From: the human T2T-CHM13v2.0 reference genome, Homo sapiens | Reading direction: 5' to 3' (one strand) | Length of the DNA: 64,000 nt | NCBI RefSeq assembly: GCF_009914755.1 | Contig: NC_060934.1 | Shown: piece by piece, positions 22,469 through 48,185 of the stretch | Layout: every line of letters starts with the position of its first letter | Position numbering within the stretch: the first letter of the stretch is position 1 | Program-made: the position numbers and the translations under genes | Notes under the pieces: model-generated | Database searches by the model: none | Seen by the model: the letters and a program-made list of their open reading frames with translations, nothing else | What the model was told of the DNA's origin: nothing

Positions 22469-23443
22469 TATCACTGAAGAAAAAACACAGCAGCAAGTTC
22501 TGTGTTGGCTTCAATGAGACCAAATAGTTCATCTTTAACATAGCTACTGCGCTCCAAAATTGAAGTCAACACAGTCATTACTACAAATTACTTGTTGAAA
22601 GAATCTATCTTCAAAAGAAAGAAAATTAGGAAAGAGAATTTAAACGATTCCTCCAAACCATACATTTATAAATATTGTCATATTTAAAATGCTTGAAAGG
22701 CATGAATTCTCCATTAATGGAAAAGCAGTTTGCTATTGGCAACAGAAAAAAACTCAGCGATAATTTACCAAATGCTTTAAAATTTAAAAGCTATACTGTT
22801 TGGATTCACACTTGCGCAGTAATCTTGTCATTACAACAACTGCAAATTGCTTTGTACTCACCTTCTCTCAAGTAAAATCTAAAGAAAACCCCACCGTATC
22901 CAATGTTTGTAATGTTTACTTCAAGTGAATCTAAAAAATTTCTAAATTTAGTTTATGGTAAATACCTCAAAATACCTAAAATAGGTACGTATCAACCACT
23001 TAAGGGTGTGAAAATTGTTTCAGATTCACTGCTTTAAAGGGTCTTCAAATATATTTTAACAGAACCTTACTTCATTCCAAATTATTATCAGATATTTCAA
23101 AATCAAAAAAAAGTATCAGTTCTATACCAAGATAAAGGTGTTACTCAATACCTGAAGGTTCACATTTTAAATTTATTTTTTAGTTTTTCTTTTTTGTCAA
23201 CAAATGATTGATGAAATAATGCAACACCCTTAAATTCCAGAAAATGGCATGGTTTTTCCAACCTCCTGTGGATATGGTGCATGATCAATCTATTATATAG
23301 GATTAATACAAGTTCATGCTTTTTGTGTTATGGTGAAACAACATTAAAGAATCCAATTTAGATTGGTTGAAGCACAAGTATAATAATCCTTGAATGTGAT
23401 CAAACCTATTTAAGACACCAGTTTAAATCCATTATCTTGAGAC

Positions 23444-23673
23444 TTAACGTCGTACTGTGGTCCATCCATCTTCATCAGTCTCATTTTTAGTACGACGGAG
23501 AGATTCCCTATCTTTCTCAGCTCTCCATGAGGCCTTCTCTTTTTCACCTTCTCTTTCTCGGTCTCGGTCTCTTTCTCGGTCTCTTGAAAGAGCTGGGGGA
23601 GGAACTCGACGAGGAGGGTCCCGCTCTTCCACCCGGTCATCTTTCCTGTCATCAGCACGTCTCCAAGAACTTA
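23444..23673 (-). CDS. EIF3A: eIF3 subunit A, exon 22 coding part (…SSWRRADDRK…DEDGWTTVRR*)
   Basis: tag| acceptor; C-terminus matches eIF3a; TAA at 23444-23446. Confidence 0.96.
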
Positions 23674-24523
23674 CTAAAAAGTTTAATTAAAAAAAAAAAA
23701 TTAAGTTAGTACTATATTCTATTGGCTCAAATTACTCAAAATTCCTGTACTAAAGATTGTTAAATACAGAAATCATTGTTAAATACAGAAATTCTGTTAA
23801 ATTCTGTATTGTTAAATACAGAAATCATAATGAAAGCTCATACAATTTCTGACAATCTTTAACATACAAATGTACAGATAAAACTCAAAATCTGAAAACA
23901 GGCAGAAACCACTAGCCTGGGAAGGACTACAGTTAGTATAAACCCGTAAGACAAGGTGGCAAAAATCTGGCTGAATGAAAATTTTATAACTGAAAGGATT
24001 TTTGGCTCTTGAAGAATTTTAACAGCAAATTAACCATACAAAATACAGGAGTTTTTAAAGTTATGGCTATGAGAGAAAAATTCTCTCATAACAGGATGTC
24101 AAGACATACGGAAAATTAATTTTTAAAAACCAAGAGAAAAATGAGGATTTTAAAAATGAAAAATACATATATTTTAAAACAGAATAAACTTCTGTTACAA
24201 TTTCAGAGAAAATGTTTCTACTTTGTGCTTAATCTGCCAGGAAGCTGCTTTTAAATAACAATTTTTTTCATTTTTATTAAGTAAACTTTATATATATTGC
24301 CTGCTATCCAATTTAGTCTACTACTGTACTTTGAATTTAGAGATAAGTGCACTTTACAACATGACCATTGAGTAACTGTATGAAAATCATGAATTCTAAA
24401 TAGAATATCAACTCTCTTATTGTTGGCCTTCATACAAATTTATGATATAATTAAATAACCCAAATCCCCCCCCCCCCAGAAACGACAGTTCTCCAATACT
24501 TCAGTTGTATGTAACCTCTATAC

Positions 24524-24714
24524 CTTCTTCACGTTCTGATCTGAGTGGAGGTCCTCTTCGGTCCCTGTCGTCTCTTAGATCTCGTCTTTCTCTTAGATCA
24601 CGCCGGTCATCCCTCTCACGGCGACGGTCATCCCTATCCCTATCGTCCCGGCGACTTGAGTCTCTCCAGCTTGAAGATTCCTCAGCTGGTCCTCTTCTCC
24701 AGCCACCTTCATCC
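24524..24714 (-). CDS. EIF3A: EIF3A exon 21 (191 nt)
   Basis: cag|…|gtatag; DEGGWRRGPAEESSSW…RSEREE. Confidence 0.95.
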
Positions 24715-25217
24715 CTGTAGCCATTTACAATGACAGGTCAGGTTCTTACTGTTAGACCAAATGGATAATTATAAGTACATCCAGTCCAAGCTGGGGCTTA
24801 GAGTTTACAAATATAACAGACAGTTTAAACTCATAACCTGACCTTACCTGATGCCTGGGGCGTGGAGAACAAATGAGAACACCCAGATCTGTGCCGTCCC
24901 ACTCGTTAGCCACTACCCATATGTGGTTACTTACATTTAAAGTAAAACGGAGATATTTCCTTAGGACCATCAACCATATATTCTAAGTGCTTGGCTGCCA
25001 AATGTGACTGCTGACTACCATACTGGCCAGCAGACACATTTTCTTCCTTGAAGAAAATTGCATCGAACACTGCTGGTCTACATTTGTCAGTACAAGGACA
25101 CTTTGGCAGCGGGAACAAGCTAGAACTTCTACTACTAATAAAATCAAAGGGCTTTTGATAATTTAAGGGCAAGAAAACTGACTGCCCTAAACCACAGGGG
25201 TAAAAGCAACGGACTGA

Positions 25218-25613
<396 letters not shown>

Positions 25614-25643
25614 TCTACAAATAATTTAATTAGAGCATCACAC

Positions 25644-25845
25644 CTAGGTCTTCTGAAGCGATCCTCTCGATCCACATCTCTCTCTCTGTCCCTTTCTCTC
25701 TCAGGGTCCTTGTCATTCTCCTCCCGATCTTGATTATCTCTGTCCCTTTCTTTTTCTCTGTCCCATTCACGTTCTTCTGATGGCCTTGATTCTCGAGGTG
25801 GACCCCAGCTCTCCTCTCTGGCTTTTTCTTTCTCTCTCCATCCAC
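25644..25845 (-). CDS. EIF3A: EIF3A exon 20 (202 nt)
   Basis: cag|…|gtgtga; [16 protein letters not shown]…DRFRRPR. Confidence 0.95.
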
Positions 25846-26697
25846 CTGTTTTTTTGAAAAAGCAAAACATTTTTAAAATATTTTTAAAAGAAGAAACAGA
25901 TTGGCAATCATGAATAGACGTTGGCATTAATTCATCATCATTCTAAATGCTAATTTAAGACACTGATTAAAAAAATACTAAAGCTGTGTACATCACTGCA
26001 CAGACATCATTAACAGTATCTTAAACTTATATGAGAAACTTAAAATGGGCCGGGCATGGTGGCTCACACCTGTAATCCCAGCACTTTTGGAGACCGAGCC
26101 AGGTGGATCACTTAAGGTCAGGAATTCGAGACCAGCCTGGCCAACATGGTAATAACCCTGTTGCTACTAAAACTACAATTAGCCAGGTGTGGTGGTGCGC
26201 CTGTAGTCCTAGCTACTTGACTTAGGAGGCTGAGGCATGAGAACTGCTTGAACCTGGGAGGCAGAGGCTGCAGTGAGCCAAGATAGTGCCACTGTACTCC
26301 AGCCTGGATGACAGAATGAGACTGTCTCAAAAAACAAACAGGAAAAGAAAAAAAAATACCAAAAACCTTAAATGATCTGTGTTAAGTGTTCCATAAAACA
26401 AAAGTATCACTGAAAATTTTAGAATTTTTCCTATTGCACGCAGATTTCAGCATAGTATCTGTTCTGATGTTACACAGATCACTCATTTAAGCAGAAACTT
26501 CAAGAGTTTTCTCTGAGTCCCAATTTTGAGGTATTTATACCTTGCAACGTTTTCAAGCCCTTCATATCCAAAAAAGAATCTTTCCTTTTATATTCCTGTC
26601 CTCCACCATTTGCCACCCATTATCTAGTCATTAATCATGAATAAATCCTTTAACCCTGCACAGTGGCTCACACTTATGCATGGAATATATGAATCTA

Positions 26698-27408
<711 letters not shown>

Positions 27409-27994
27409 TACTGTTACCCCATTTAACATGAGGAAAAGAAAAATTAAATGTCTTACACAAGGTAACAGCCGAACAGCAGAATGAAGTGAGACTAGAAGAG
27501 ACGAAGTAGGCAACAGAAACAACTGGGGAAAGCAAGGAAGCAGCTCACTTAGATCTGCACTTACAACAACTGCTCTGGTTATTTCCCTGACACCCAAAAT
27601 TAAAACTGGGAGTAAGAGAGGCAGCAAAAACCAGTTAGCGGGTGAGGAAAATGATGCTGACCCAGGACCAAGTACAAGCAATGGGAATGGAGAGGAGGGT
27701 GGATTTCAGGAACATCAAAAAGGCAGAACTGAACTAAAGATTTAACATAAAGGATGAAACAGAGACAAAACAACTCCCAGAATCCTAGCTCAGACAGTTA
27801 GATGGACAGTGATGCCCCTGAAGAGAATCAGAGGGATGGGTGGGCGTGAACAAGTGCACGTGTATGTGATGGTAATGAGTCCAGTTTTGGATAGGCTGTG
27901 TTAGACATTCAGTAAGACTACCAAGTGGAGATGTGCTATATGCAGTAAGCAGCTGTCACCTGTGTGCAGTACGCAGAAATTACCTAGAGAAAAC

Positions 27995-28990
<996 letters not shown>

Positions 28991-29398
28991 AAAATGAGTT
29001 CCTCCTTGCATAATCTCTCAGTTGGCAAAAATAAATATATAAAGTACATTTTGGTTTCAATTATTTATTTTTAAAAGGAGGCTGGTTCCCAGTAAAACCT
29101 GAAAAATACACCAATACTGAAAGCATGAGTACAGGAAGAGCCTTCAAAGAAGCAGTCATCGAAGCAGAAGGAAAACAAAGAGCACATCACTAAAGAAGAG
29201 AGGGGTTGGGTTATTTATGTTTTGGATGGTGGTATTCTGAAGGCAAACTTTTGACAGCGAAGTCACTGCAAATGATACTGAAGGAAAGATGAAAGACCAG
29301 TTTATCTGGAAAATAACAATACAGCCCTGATATTTATCCATCAGAATTTCACTTTTACAGGTGAACACTTAAGCATATTCTAGGAAATAGAATTTTAC

Positions 29399-30177
29399 CT
29401 GGCTTGACTAATGGTCTCCAAGGACCAGGTCTTGAGTCATCACCCCGTCTGGGAAACCGATCATCATCAGCACGTCTTGAAAGGCGATCATCATCCATGT
29501 TTCTCCAAGGGCCCCTGTCATCCTCTGCACCACGCCTGGGAATTCTGTCATCATCGGCGTTCCTCCAAGGTCCTCGATCATCATCCAACCCTCGCCTGGG
29601 ACCCCGGTCATCATCCATGCCTCGCCTGGGACCCCGGTCATCATCCATGCCTCGCCTGGGACCCCGGTCATCATCCATGCCTCGCCTGGGACCCCGATCA
29701 TCATCCAACCCTCGCCTGGGACCCCGGTCATCATCAGCATTACGCCAGGATGATCGCTCATCATCAGCGCCTCCTCGCCTCGGCCCCCGGTCATCATCCA
29801 TCCCACGTCTTGGTCCTCTGTCCTCATCAGCTGTTCGCCAGCTTCCTCTGTCCTCATCCAGTCCTCGTCTAGGTGGTCTGTCATCATCCGCATGACGCCA
29901 GTTTCCCCTGTCTTCATCGGCAATTCGTCTGGGAGGCCTGTCATCATCTGTGTTACGCCAGGAAGGCCGGTCATCGTCTGCCCCACGACGAGAGAACCTA
30001 TCTTCCTCAGGACCACGTCTAGGGCCTCTGTCATCATCCATGCCACGCCGGGGAACCCGATCATCGTCTGGTCTAAGAGAGGGCTCTCTATCTTCATCAT
30101 CCCCCAGACGCCGGGGCCGCTCTTCATCTCTTCTATGAGACCTGTCCTCATCTCGCCCTTCTCCACGTCTCCACTCC
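29399..30177 (-). CDS. EIF3A: EIF3A exon 19 (779 nt; 10-aa DDDRGPRRG[ML] repeat domain)
   Basis: tag|…|gtaaaa; ORF 29355..30197 shows the eIF3a C-terminal tandem repeats. Confidence 0.97.
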
Positions 30178-30276
30178 CTACACAGCAACAAGAACAATTA
30201 AAAATATATAAAATAAAAAAGCATATGATCCTTTGGGGATTTTTTTTTTCACATGCTTTTTAAAAACTTCAGTATG

Positions 30277-31320
<1,044 letters not shown>

Positions 31321-31458
31321 ACCCACATGCAATCAGACATGCACACAATTCTTCATGGCTCTCCTTTCCCTGCCTCTACAAAATGAACCAAATTTTAAAA
31401 CCACTGATAAGATATTAACAGGAACTGGAGCGGCATTATTTTCCTCAACTCTACTTAC

Positions 31459-31547
31459 TTCTCTGGCGGGCCTCTTCTCCACTCAGAATCTGCTTCAGGT
31501 CCTTTTCTCCAGGTGCCTTCTGAATCTCTATCTCCCCAACGAGAGTC
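31459..31547 (-). CDS. EIF3A: EIF3A exon 18 (89 nt)
   Basis: gag|GAC…|gtaagt; DSRWGDRDSEGTWRKGPEADSEWRRGPPE. Confidence 0.94.
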
Positions 31548-31972
31548 CTCCATTGACAAAGTGAAAAAGAAGCATTACATTGGTAACCATTTACTATTAC
31601 AACTACTGGTATTACCATTCAAATATTTTTTGTACTTATAACAATATGAAGCCCTTAAATAAGCAAGTTTTAAAATTTCACTTATTTTTTAATCTGAGAT
31701 CAGACTGACGCTACAGGGAAACTGGTAGTCTCATATATTGTAGGTGGCCTTACAAACCGATATAACACTGTGCTGGAAAGCAACCTGGGAACATACACCT
31801 CCTACAGATTTCCTTCAACCTAGAAATCCCCTTTGAAGAATGTGAAAAAAGCCACATGCCCTGAAATGGACATCACAGTGCCTACGAAGCAAAGAAAGGT
31901 GGAGACATTTTATTTAATGTCTAATGGGGGTGGTTAAATTAACAGTACTTCTCTATTCAAAGTACTCTGATG

Positions 31973-37162
<5,190 letters not shown>

Positions 37163-37205
37163 AGTCACATTAAAACAAAATAAAATCAATAAACCCTATA
37201 CTCAC

Positions 37206-37390
37206 CTTTCTAGAAAGGGAACTATCGCCAAGTCTTCTCTCTTCCTCTCTACGCCGTTCTCGTTCTTCAATTTCCAACTCCCTTTGGCGTTTTTTCCTTT
37301 CCACTTCTTCTAATTTCTTCACCCGCTCCTGATACTCTCGTAGCTCTTCCTCGCGTTTTGCTCGTTCGGCGCGCTCTCTCTCTTCCCGCT
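37206..37390 (-). CDS. EIF3A: EIF3A exon 17 (185 nt)
   Basis: tag|…|gtgagt; [16 protein letters not shown]…GDSSLSRK. Confidence 0.94.
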
Positions 37391-37925
37391 CTAGACCATT
37401 GATTAGGTTACTAAGTGTGCCTCCCAGCCATATCTTCCCCCTAGTGCTAGTTCCACTTTTCTGGTATTAAACAGGTAGCATAATGTACAAGTAAAAGAAT
37501 TTGAAAATAGTTTGTAATCAGCTACAGGACAGAACATAGTCAAGAAAATAAGTACTACACCCCTCAACTATAGTTTTGTAATAAGATACTAGAATCCCTC
37601 CCCCATCCCTGAGCAATCTGGGATTCCAGATATAGCATCATTTAACAGCCATCATCTGGAATGTATTCCTCAATAAATGTTAATACACAGAATACGGTGA
37701 TTAAAAAAAGTATTAATTTCTAGAAGAACATCAAATGTGTGGGGAAATGCTGGCAGACGATGTAACAACTTCACATACAGCAAACTGGGTTCTGAGATCC
37801 AGTTAATTACAGTGCTAAAAGGCCAATTACCTTGATTCCTGTATTTTCTACATAAGATCACTAAAAACTAGATCTTAACACCAACCTTGCATTAGCACCC
37901 CTCCAATCCTGTTTGACCTGTGTAC

Positions 37926-38079
37926 CTTTTAGCATTTGTTCTTCTGCCCTTCTCTGCTCCTCCTCTTCTTTTTCTCTATAGTATGTTATCCTGCGTTCTT
38001 CTTTACGCTGCCTTTTCCGTTCTTCCAATCGATTATGCCTTTCTTCTGCTAATCGCTCTTCAAACTGTTTAAGTTTTTC
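37926..38079 (-). CDS. EIF3A: EIF3A exon 16 (154 nt)
   Basis: cag|…|gtacac; [13 protein letters not shown]…EEQMLK. Confidence 0.95.
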
Positions 38080-38603
38080 CTGCAATCGAAGTAACCCCCA
38101 ACCCAAAAAGGGCACACTTTGTCAAGAGCAACAAACTCGCAGAAAGCTATTAGGTTTACAAAAGACTCTCAAGTGTATCAGAATCATCGAAAGCAACCTC
38201 TCAGCACAAAAACTCTAACTTCCAAATGACCATTAACTTGTCAGCAGGCCAAATTTTAAAACATTTAAATTGTTGATATTACCTACCTCCAGTGGGTTTG
38301 TCTTTATACAAAATAATTCAATGGTCAAATTAGAATCTAAGCCCAGGACATTTTGATCTAGTTTTTTCATTTCTAACAAAAACAGTAAACAAAACTTGTA
38401 TTAAATTATGCATTCAACTTTCACCTTTAGAACAATTTTGATGATTGTTTTGCTTATGAAATATCATCCAAAAATTTCTATTATTTGAATGACCGTTACA
38501 CATAGTAACTCAATACAGAATATACCAATTTGTTAAGGGAGAACCCTTAGGCCAATACTAGAAAGCTCATGAATAAACATTTCCCAAAAATCAGCAAGCT
38601 CAC

Positions 38604-38726
38604 CTCATAAACAGACTGCCGTGCAGCTTTGAGTCGCATTACGAATAAATCTCTGTCTTCAAGCATTCGTGACATTCGATTCTTATGTTCAAGAGCCTTT
38701 TCACGTTCTAGCTGCATTGTAGTAAT
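38604..38726 (-). CDS. EIF3A: EIF3A exon 15 (123 nt)
   Basis: cag|…|gtgagc; [13 protein letters not shown]…RQSVYE. Confidence 0.95.
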
Positions 38727-39001
38727 CTGCAAGTACAAATATTGTGAAATTTCAATGCACTTTTTTTTTTACTCATTAACCCCAAATTACTGAGAAATAC
38801 TCTTGAAAAATTAGAAGCTGCTCCACTGCCCCTTCTGTCATGCCATAAAAATGAAAACGTTAACTACATCCATGTCAATAGGTCCCCAGAAGGCAAATTA
38901 CGGGCAAGAGGTAGACAAAGTAATCCTGAGGCATTTAGGAGAGACAGTTTTCATTTAGCCCCATGACACCAGGAACTTTATAAAGGAAAAATTATGATAC
39001 A

Positions 39002-43172
<4,171 letters not shown>

Positions 43173-44179
43173 TATATAATAAAATAAAATAATAAATATG
43201 ACATGGTAACAACAAACACCATGGTTTAATTTTTAAAGGCATTTTCATCCTTAAAAACACCTGGAAATCAATGCAAGATGATATATGGCTATTTCTTTTC
43301 TACCCTACATGAAAAACTGAAGGCTCCAAATCAACCCAATTTGGTCTGCAGCACTTTTCTAATTAGTTTTTAATTATTTACATGTTAAGAGAATTATCAC
43401 AAAAATTCCAACTTTTCCAGAAAAAAAAATGGGAAGGGCTGGCAATCCTAGGCCCATTAATCTCCAAGGGACAACAATCAGATTAAACCAAGAAAAGGCT
43501 GCATTCTCCTATCACACCCTACACCGATGTTTGCCTCCTGCTTATGGTTACTTTTTTAAAGTAGATCTGCTTACTCACTTTTATTACATATTTGGTGCCG
43601 TAAGCATTTGTAAACCATGCTTTTGTATCATTAGGTAAATATAAAATATACTATAAGTTAACAAAACTATGGAATGACCTGTTTAGTCACGAAAGACAAC
43701 ACAGTACACAATTCCATTTATATAAAATGTCCAGAATCAGCAAATCTAGAGAAAGGAGTAGTTTAGCGGTTGCCTAGGGCTGGGGTGGTGGGGAAGAATA
43801 GGGATGACTACTGCTAATGGGTTTAGAACTTCTTTTTGAGACGTGTTTTAAAATTAGATTGTGGAGATGGCTGCACAATTCTGCAAGTAAAATGAAAACT
43901 ATGAGATGTATAAACATGCCATACAATTTACCCATTTAAAGTGTATATAAAGCAGTTTTTTATAAAATGGGCTTTTCAGTTGTCCTTTGTTTTCCAAGTT
44001 TCGTTTGTAATCTCTATTGTGAAATTTTCCCTCTTTCTACCAATCTGTTCATAGGCAGCCATTAGAGCACCATTTCTAGCAGAAGAATACAAAATAAAGC
44101 AATTCTGAATCCTTGGTTCCATTACTGGCAGAGGATTTTATTACAATCTAAAAATATTACAATTAAATAAAAAACTTAC

Positions 44180-44293
44180 TCTTTCTTCCTCTTGTTGCTC
44201 CCACAGATCCATGTCTTTAATTCTCTGTTCCTCGTAAGCGCTCTTTATCAAAGGAATTTCTTCCAAACGTTTGGCTCTTTCAAAATAGTCAAT
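44180..44293 (-). CDS. EIF3A: EIF3A exon 14 (114 nt)
   Basis: cag|…|gtaagt; [16 protein letters not shown]…QQEEER. Confidence 0.95.
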
Positions 44294-44375
44294 CTGAATG
44301 ACACGAAAACACACGTAGTTTTAAAAAATCTCTCTTAACTTGGTATGTTAAAGGTTTACCAACCCTTTCATTTAC

Positions 44376-44480
44376 CTTCTTTTCTTGATTCTTTAGGCGT
44401 TCTTGAAGTTCTTTCTTTTCTTTCTCCAGTTGTTCAACCTGTTTAGCCATGATAAAATCTGGATCCAATTCCTCAAGGTC
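44376..44480 (-). CDS. EIF3A: EIF3A exon 13 (105 nt)
   Basis: cag|…|gtaaat; [14 protein letters not shown]…NQEKK; followed by an 82-nt intron. Confidence 0.95.
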
Positions 44481-44714
44481 CTGAAAGGTAATACAAATGC
44501 ACAATTGTTAATAAAGAGAAACAAGCAATGCCTAACATAACTCACTGCTTTCTAGAATAAAATCCTACATTGCTTTTATTGTTACAATGGGTGATAATTT
44601 AGGAAATGTAAAAATATTATACAATAGCCTTATTTCCATTTGACCATAAGGAAAAAAATATCCATACATCCTTTTCTCACTCCTCCAACCTACATCTACC
44701 CAGACTCTACTAAA

Positions 44715-45231
<517 letters not shown>

Positions 45232-45395
45232 TCACAGAGCAATAAACATATGCTTACTCACAGATTTAGTCATGACCAGCTGTACCAAAATGCATGAAAT
45301 AACCCAGTAAGCCAACAAATGGTAAAGGACTGTGGTTCTAAGAGTACAAAATACCTGGATAAAACTAATTTTTTAATGACTAAGATGCTACGTAC

Positions 45396-45743
45396 TTCAA
45401 TATCAATATCTTTGAATGCTTTGGCACCCAGTTCTGTTTTCTTGATCTGCTCCAAACGCTCTCGGACAGTTTTCTTTTTGATTTGTTCATGTTCCTGTAA
45501 GATACGCTCCTTCTCTCTCTCCTTTGCTTCCTGGCGCAGCCTCTCTTCCTCAGCCTTCCGCACTTTCTGGAGTTCAGCTTCCCTCTGTTCCAATTCTTCT
45601 TTCTCACGCTGAATATTCAGACTCTCAAGGCGCTCTTTTCTCTCCTCAATTGTCTGGCGGCGAGCCAGGATCCGCTGGTGCTCTTTTCGTGAATTTTTAA
45701 GGTATGCAGTGACAGCCAACTGATGCTGTTCTTCTTTCTCTTG
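45396..45743 (-). CDS. EIF3A: EIF3A exon 12 (348 nt)
   Basis: aag|…|gtacgt; [11 protein letters not shown]…AFKDIDIE. Confidence 0.96.
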
Positions 45744-46177
45744 CTTCAAAAACAAATGAATTTTTTTACATGACCAAAATTAACATTCTCTGGTATTAGG
45801 CATCAAAGAAATTACAAAATAATCCTGATGTACTGCCTTTCTATGTATCTGCATTTGATAATGGAAGATGACACTATCCAAGCTGTTTGTTTTCGGTATT
45901 AAATGCTATGGTGTTGCTCCTATTCAGTCTTTTAATAGCAATGACGCAGCTAAAGAAGCTCTCCTAGATAAGACAACTTTTCTCTGCACCAAACCTACCT
46001 TAGGTGTTCATTAACAGAGCTCACATACAAGAAATAACTTGTTACAGGCAGTGGCTCATGCGTGTAACCCCATCACTTTTGGGAGGCCAAGGCGGGTGGA
46101 TCACTTGAGGCCAGGAGTTTGAGACCAGCATGGCCAACATGGTGAAACCCCATCTCTACTAAAAATACAAAACATTA

Positions 46178-46318
<141 letters not shown>

Positions 46319-46651
46319 TCAAAAAAGAAAAAAAAGAAATAACTTAAGCAGGAGGGAAAAATCCAGTCACTGTATTTCACTATTTGAGGAATCCTATGTC
46401 CACTCTGTTGTTTCTGTAACATAATCCACCCTATTACATTACCTACACAGAGTAGTATTTTGTTCAATGGAAGAAAGCTCAATGATTTGTGTATTTGATC
46501 AAATAACAAAACTACCAAGTACAATTCTATAGGAAATATATCATAAATCCCTTCTCTCAGATATTGTCTCAAACCTTTTTGTAAAAGACATGGCATGGCG
46601 TTAAGAGTCCCTCAAAACTTCTGGGATTTATTTCCCCGGGAAGATGCATAC

Positions 46652-46837
46652 CAGTATATGAGCTGGTTTAATGACTTCAAGTGCTTTTGCAAGTACTGAG
46701 GACATGGCTGTCAGCTGGTTTCTTATCTGCTCTGAAGGCATGCTTTGCAAATGAGGACCAATCGGAGCATCTTCTCGAGTAGCATAATTCAAATCAGATC
46801 CAAAACTCAGGGTCCGAGAAGTGTGATCAATACGAAC
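46652..46837 (-). CDS. EIF3A: EIF3A exon 11 (186 nt)
   Basis: aag|…|gtatgc; [13 protein letters not shown]…PAHIL. Confidence 0.95.
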
Positions 46838-47041
46838 CTTTGAAAATTAAATTATCAATGGTTAAATCCACAAGTAAGCATGAAGTCAAAAAGTAACAGA
46901 AGAATGTCATATACAAAAGCTGGAAAAGTTCACTCAGTAAACTTTAAAATGGTATCACTGTACCAAAAGCTGAGAAACAGAAGGTATGTGTCTTTCTAGC
47001 CCTCAAGGGCCTTCTCCTGTCTCCTTACAGCACATACCTAC

Positions 47042-47158
47042 CTGCAAGTCGCAATGCCTGGCTGCATCTACTATGGCCCGTTCCAGTTGGAAAGCATCAA
47101 CAAAAGGAACCAAAGAAGTCAAACGAGAAAACTCAATGCTCTGATAAATCTGTGACAC
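47042..47158 (-). CDS. EIF3A: EIF3A exon 10 (117 nt; PCI domain)
   Basis: cag|…|gtaggt; [13 protein letters not shown]…HCDLQ. Confidence 0.95.
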
Positions 47159-47450
47159 CTGCATAGAAAACAAAGGGTTAATAACACTAGCCACTGTTTA
47201 TTCAGCACTTTTTATGTGCAATCTCATGACAGTCATGGGAAGTAGAAATTATGCCAGAGAATTTATGTTAGCAGTACATTGTTAAAGCCAGAATGCTAAT
47301 CCCAGACCATCGACTCTAAACTCCATGCTTTGAGAACCATTATCATACTATTCCTCAAACCTATAATCTTTTCAAATCCTGGTTGCTGTAAAACAAAAAA
47401 GCCTAAAAACCTGCTACTTACCGAATATATTTAAACACTTCTTATAGAAT

Positions 47451-47578
47451 TTTTGTCTGAAGGAGACTGGCAGCATTACTATTTATAGTTATACTGCTAA
47501 TTAGCCTTCAATTATTTGTATAGCACATAAGAAATAACACTACTCACATAAAAGAAAGCAGGTCAATGAAATGTGCAC
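47451..47578 (-). ncRNA. SNORA19: H/ACA snoRNA SNORA19 (ACA19), intron 9
   Basis: 128 nt GTGCACATTTCATTGACC…CCTTCAGACAAAA; two hairpins, H box ATACAA, ACA 3 nt from the end; pockets complementary to 28S AAGAAAU-UC-AAUGAA and GACUG-UU-UAAUUA (rRNA sequence recalled). Confidence 0.92.
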
Positions 47579-48185
47579 AAATACTGAGATGAAAATATAA
47601 TAAAACGCCCTCCTTCCCAAATGCAACAAATGGAAAACAAAATGGGAGCACTTACTGACTTAAGCCCCTGGACTAAAATATATGAAAAGGCTGTCTCATT
47701 CACTCATGGTGGGGGGTCTATTAATCCAGGCTTCTGAATAGCTATTAAAGCTTTAAATCCATAAACCCTATGACTAATTCCACTTCTTATGCCACAGAAA
47801 GTAATAGAAGTATGCAAAGATACATGTATGAAAGATGCTCAATGCTACAAGATTTCTAACAGGGAAAAAAAAAATCTAGGAATACAGGTTTTCATCAAGA
47901 GAGTCTGAATAAATACACCACAGTACCTTAAATGGAATAAGGTAGCCCTACATTACTAACAAGGAAAAATGCCCAAAGACAGTGTTCAGCCAAAAAACAA
48001 AAGCGTCCGTTACAAAATATGTAAATATAATAATTCTGATTTTCAAATTAATAAATAGACTAATTTTTGCCAGGGGCAGAACTTGGGGAGGTTCTCACTT
48101 CCTAGGCAGTTCTAGATTTTTCCAGTTTTTAGTTTCATGATGAGCACATAAAATCACAAAACTTTTTTTATTTTTTTATTTTTAC

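Noticed and set aside
29404-30263. Overlapping ORFs in other frames of EIF3A exon 19 (252-aa Met-rich; 163-aa antisense) and the CRISPR-like look of the 30-bp repeats
   Set aside because: These are shadows of a 30-nt coding tandem repeat; units are contiguous without unique spacers, and the DNA is eukaryotic
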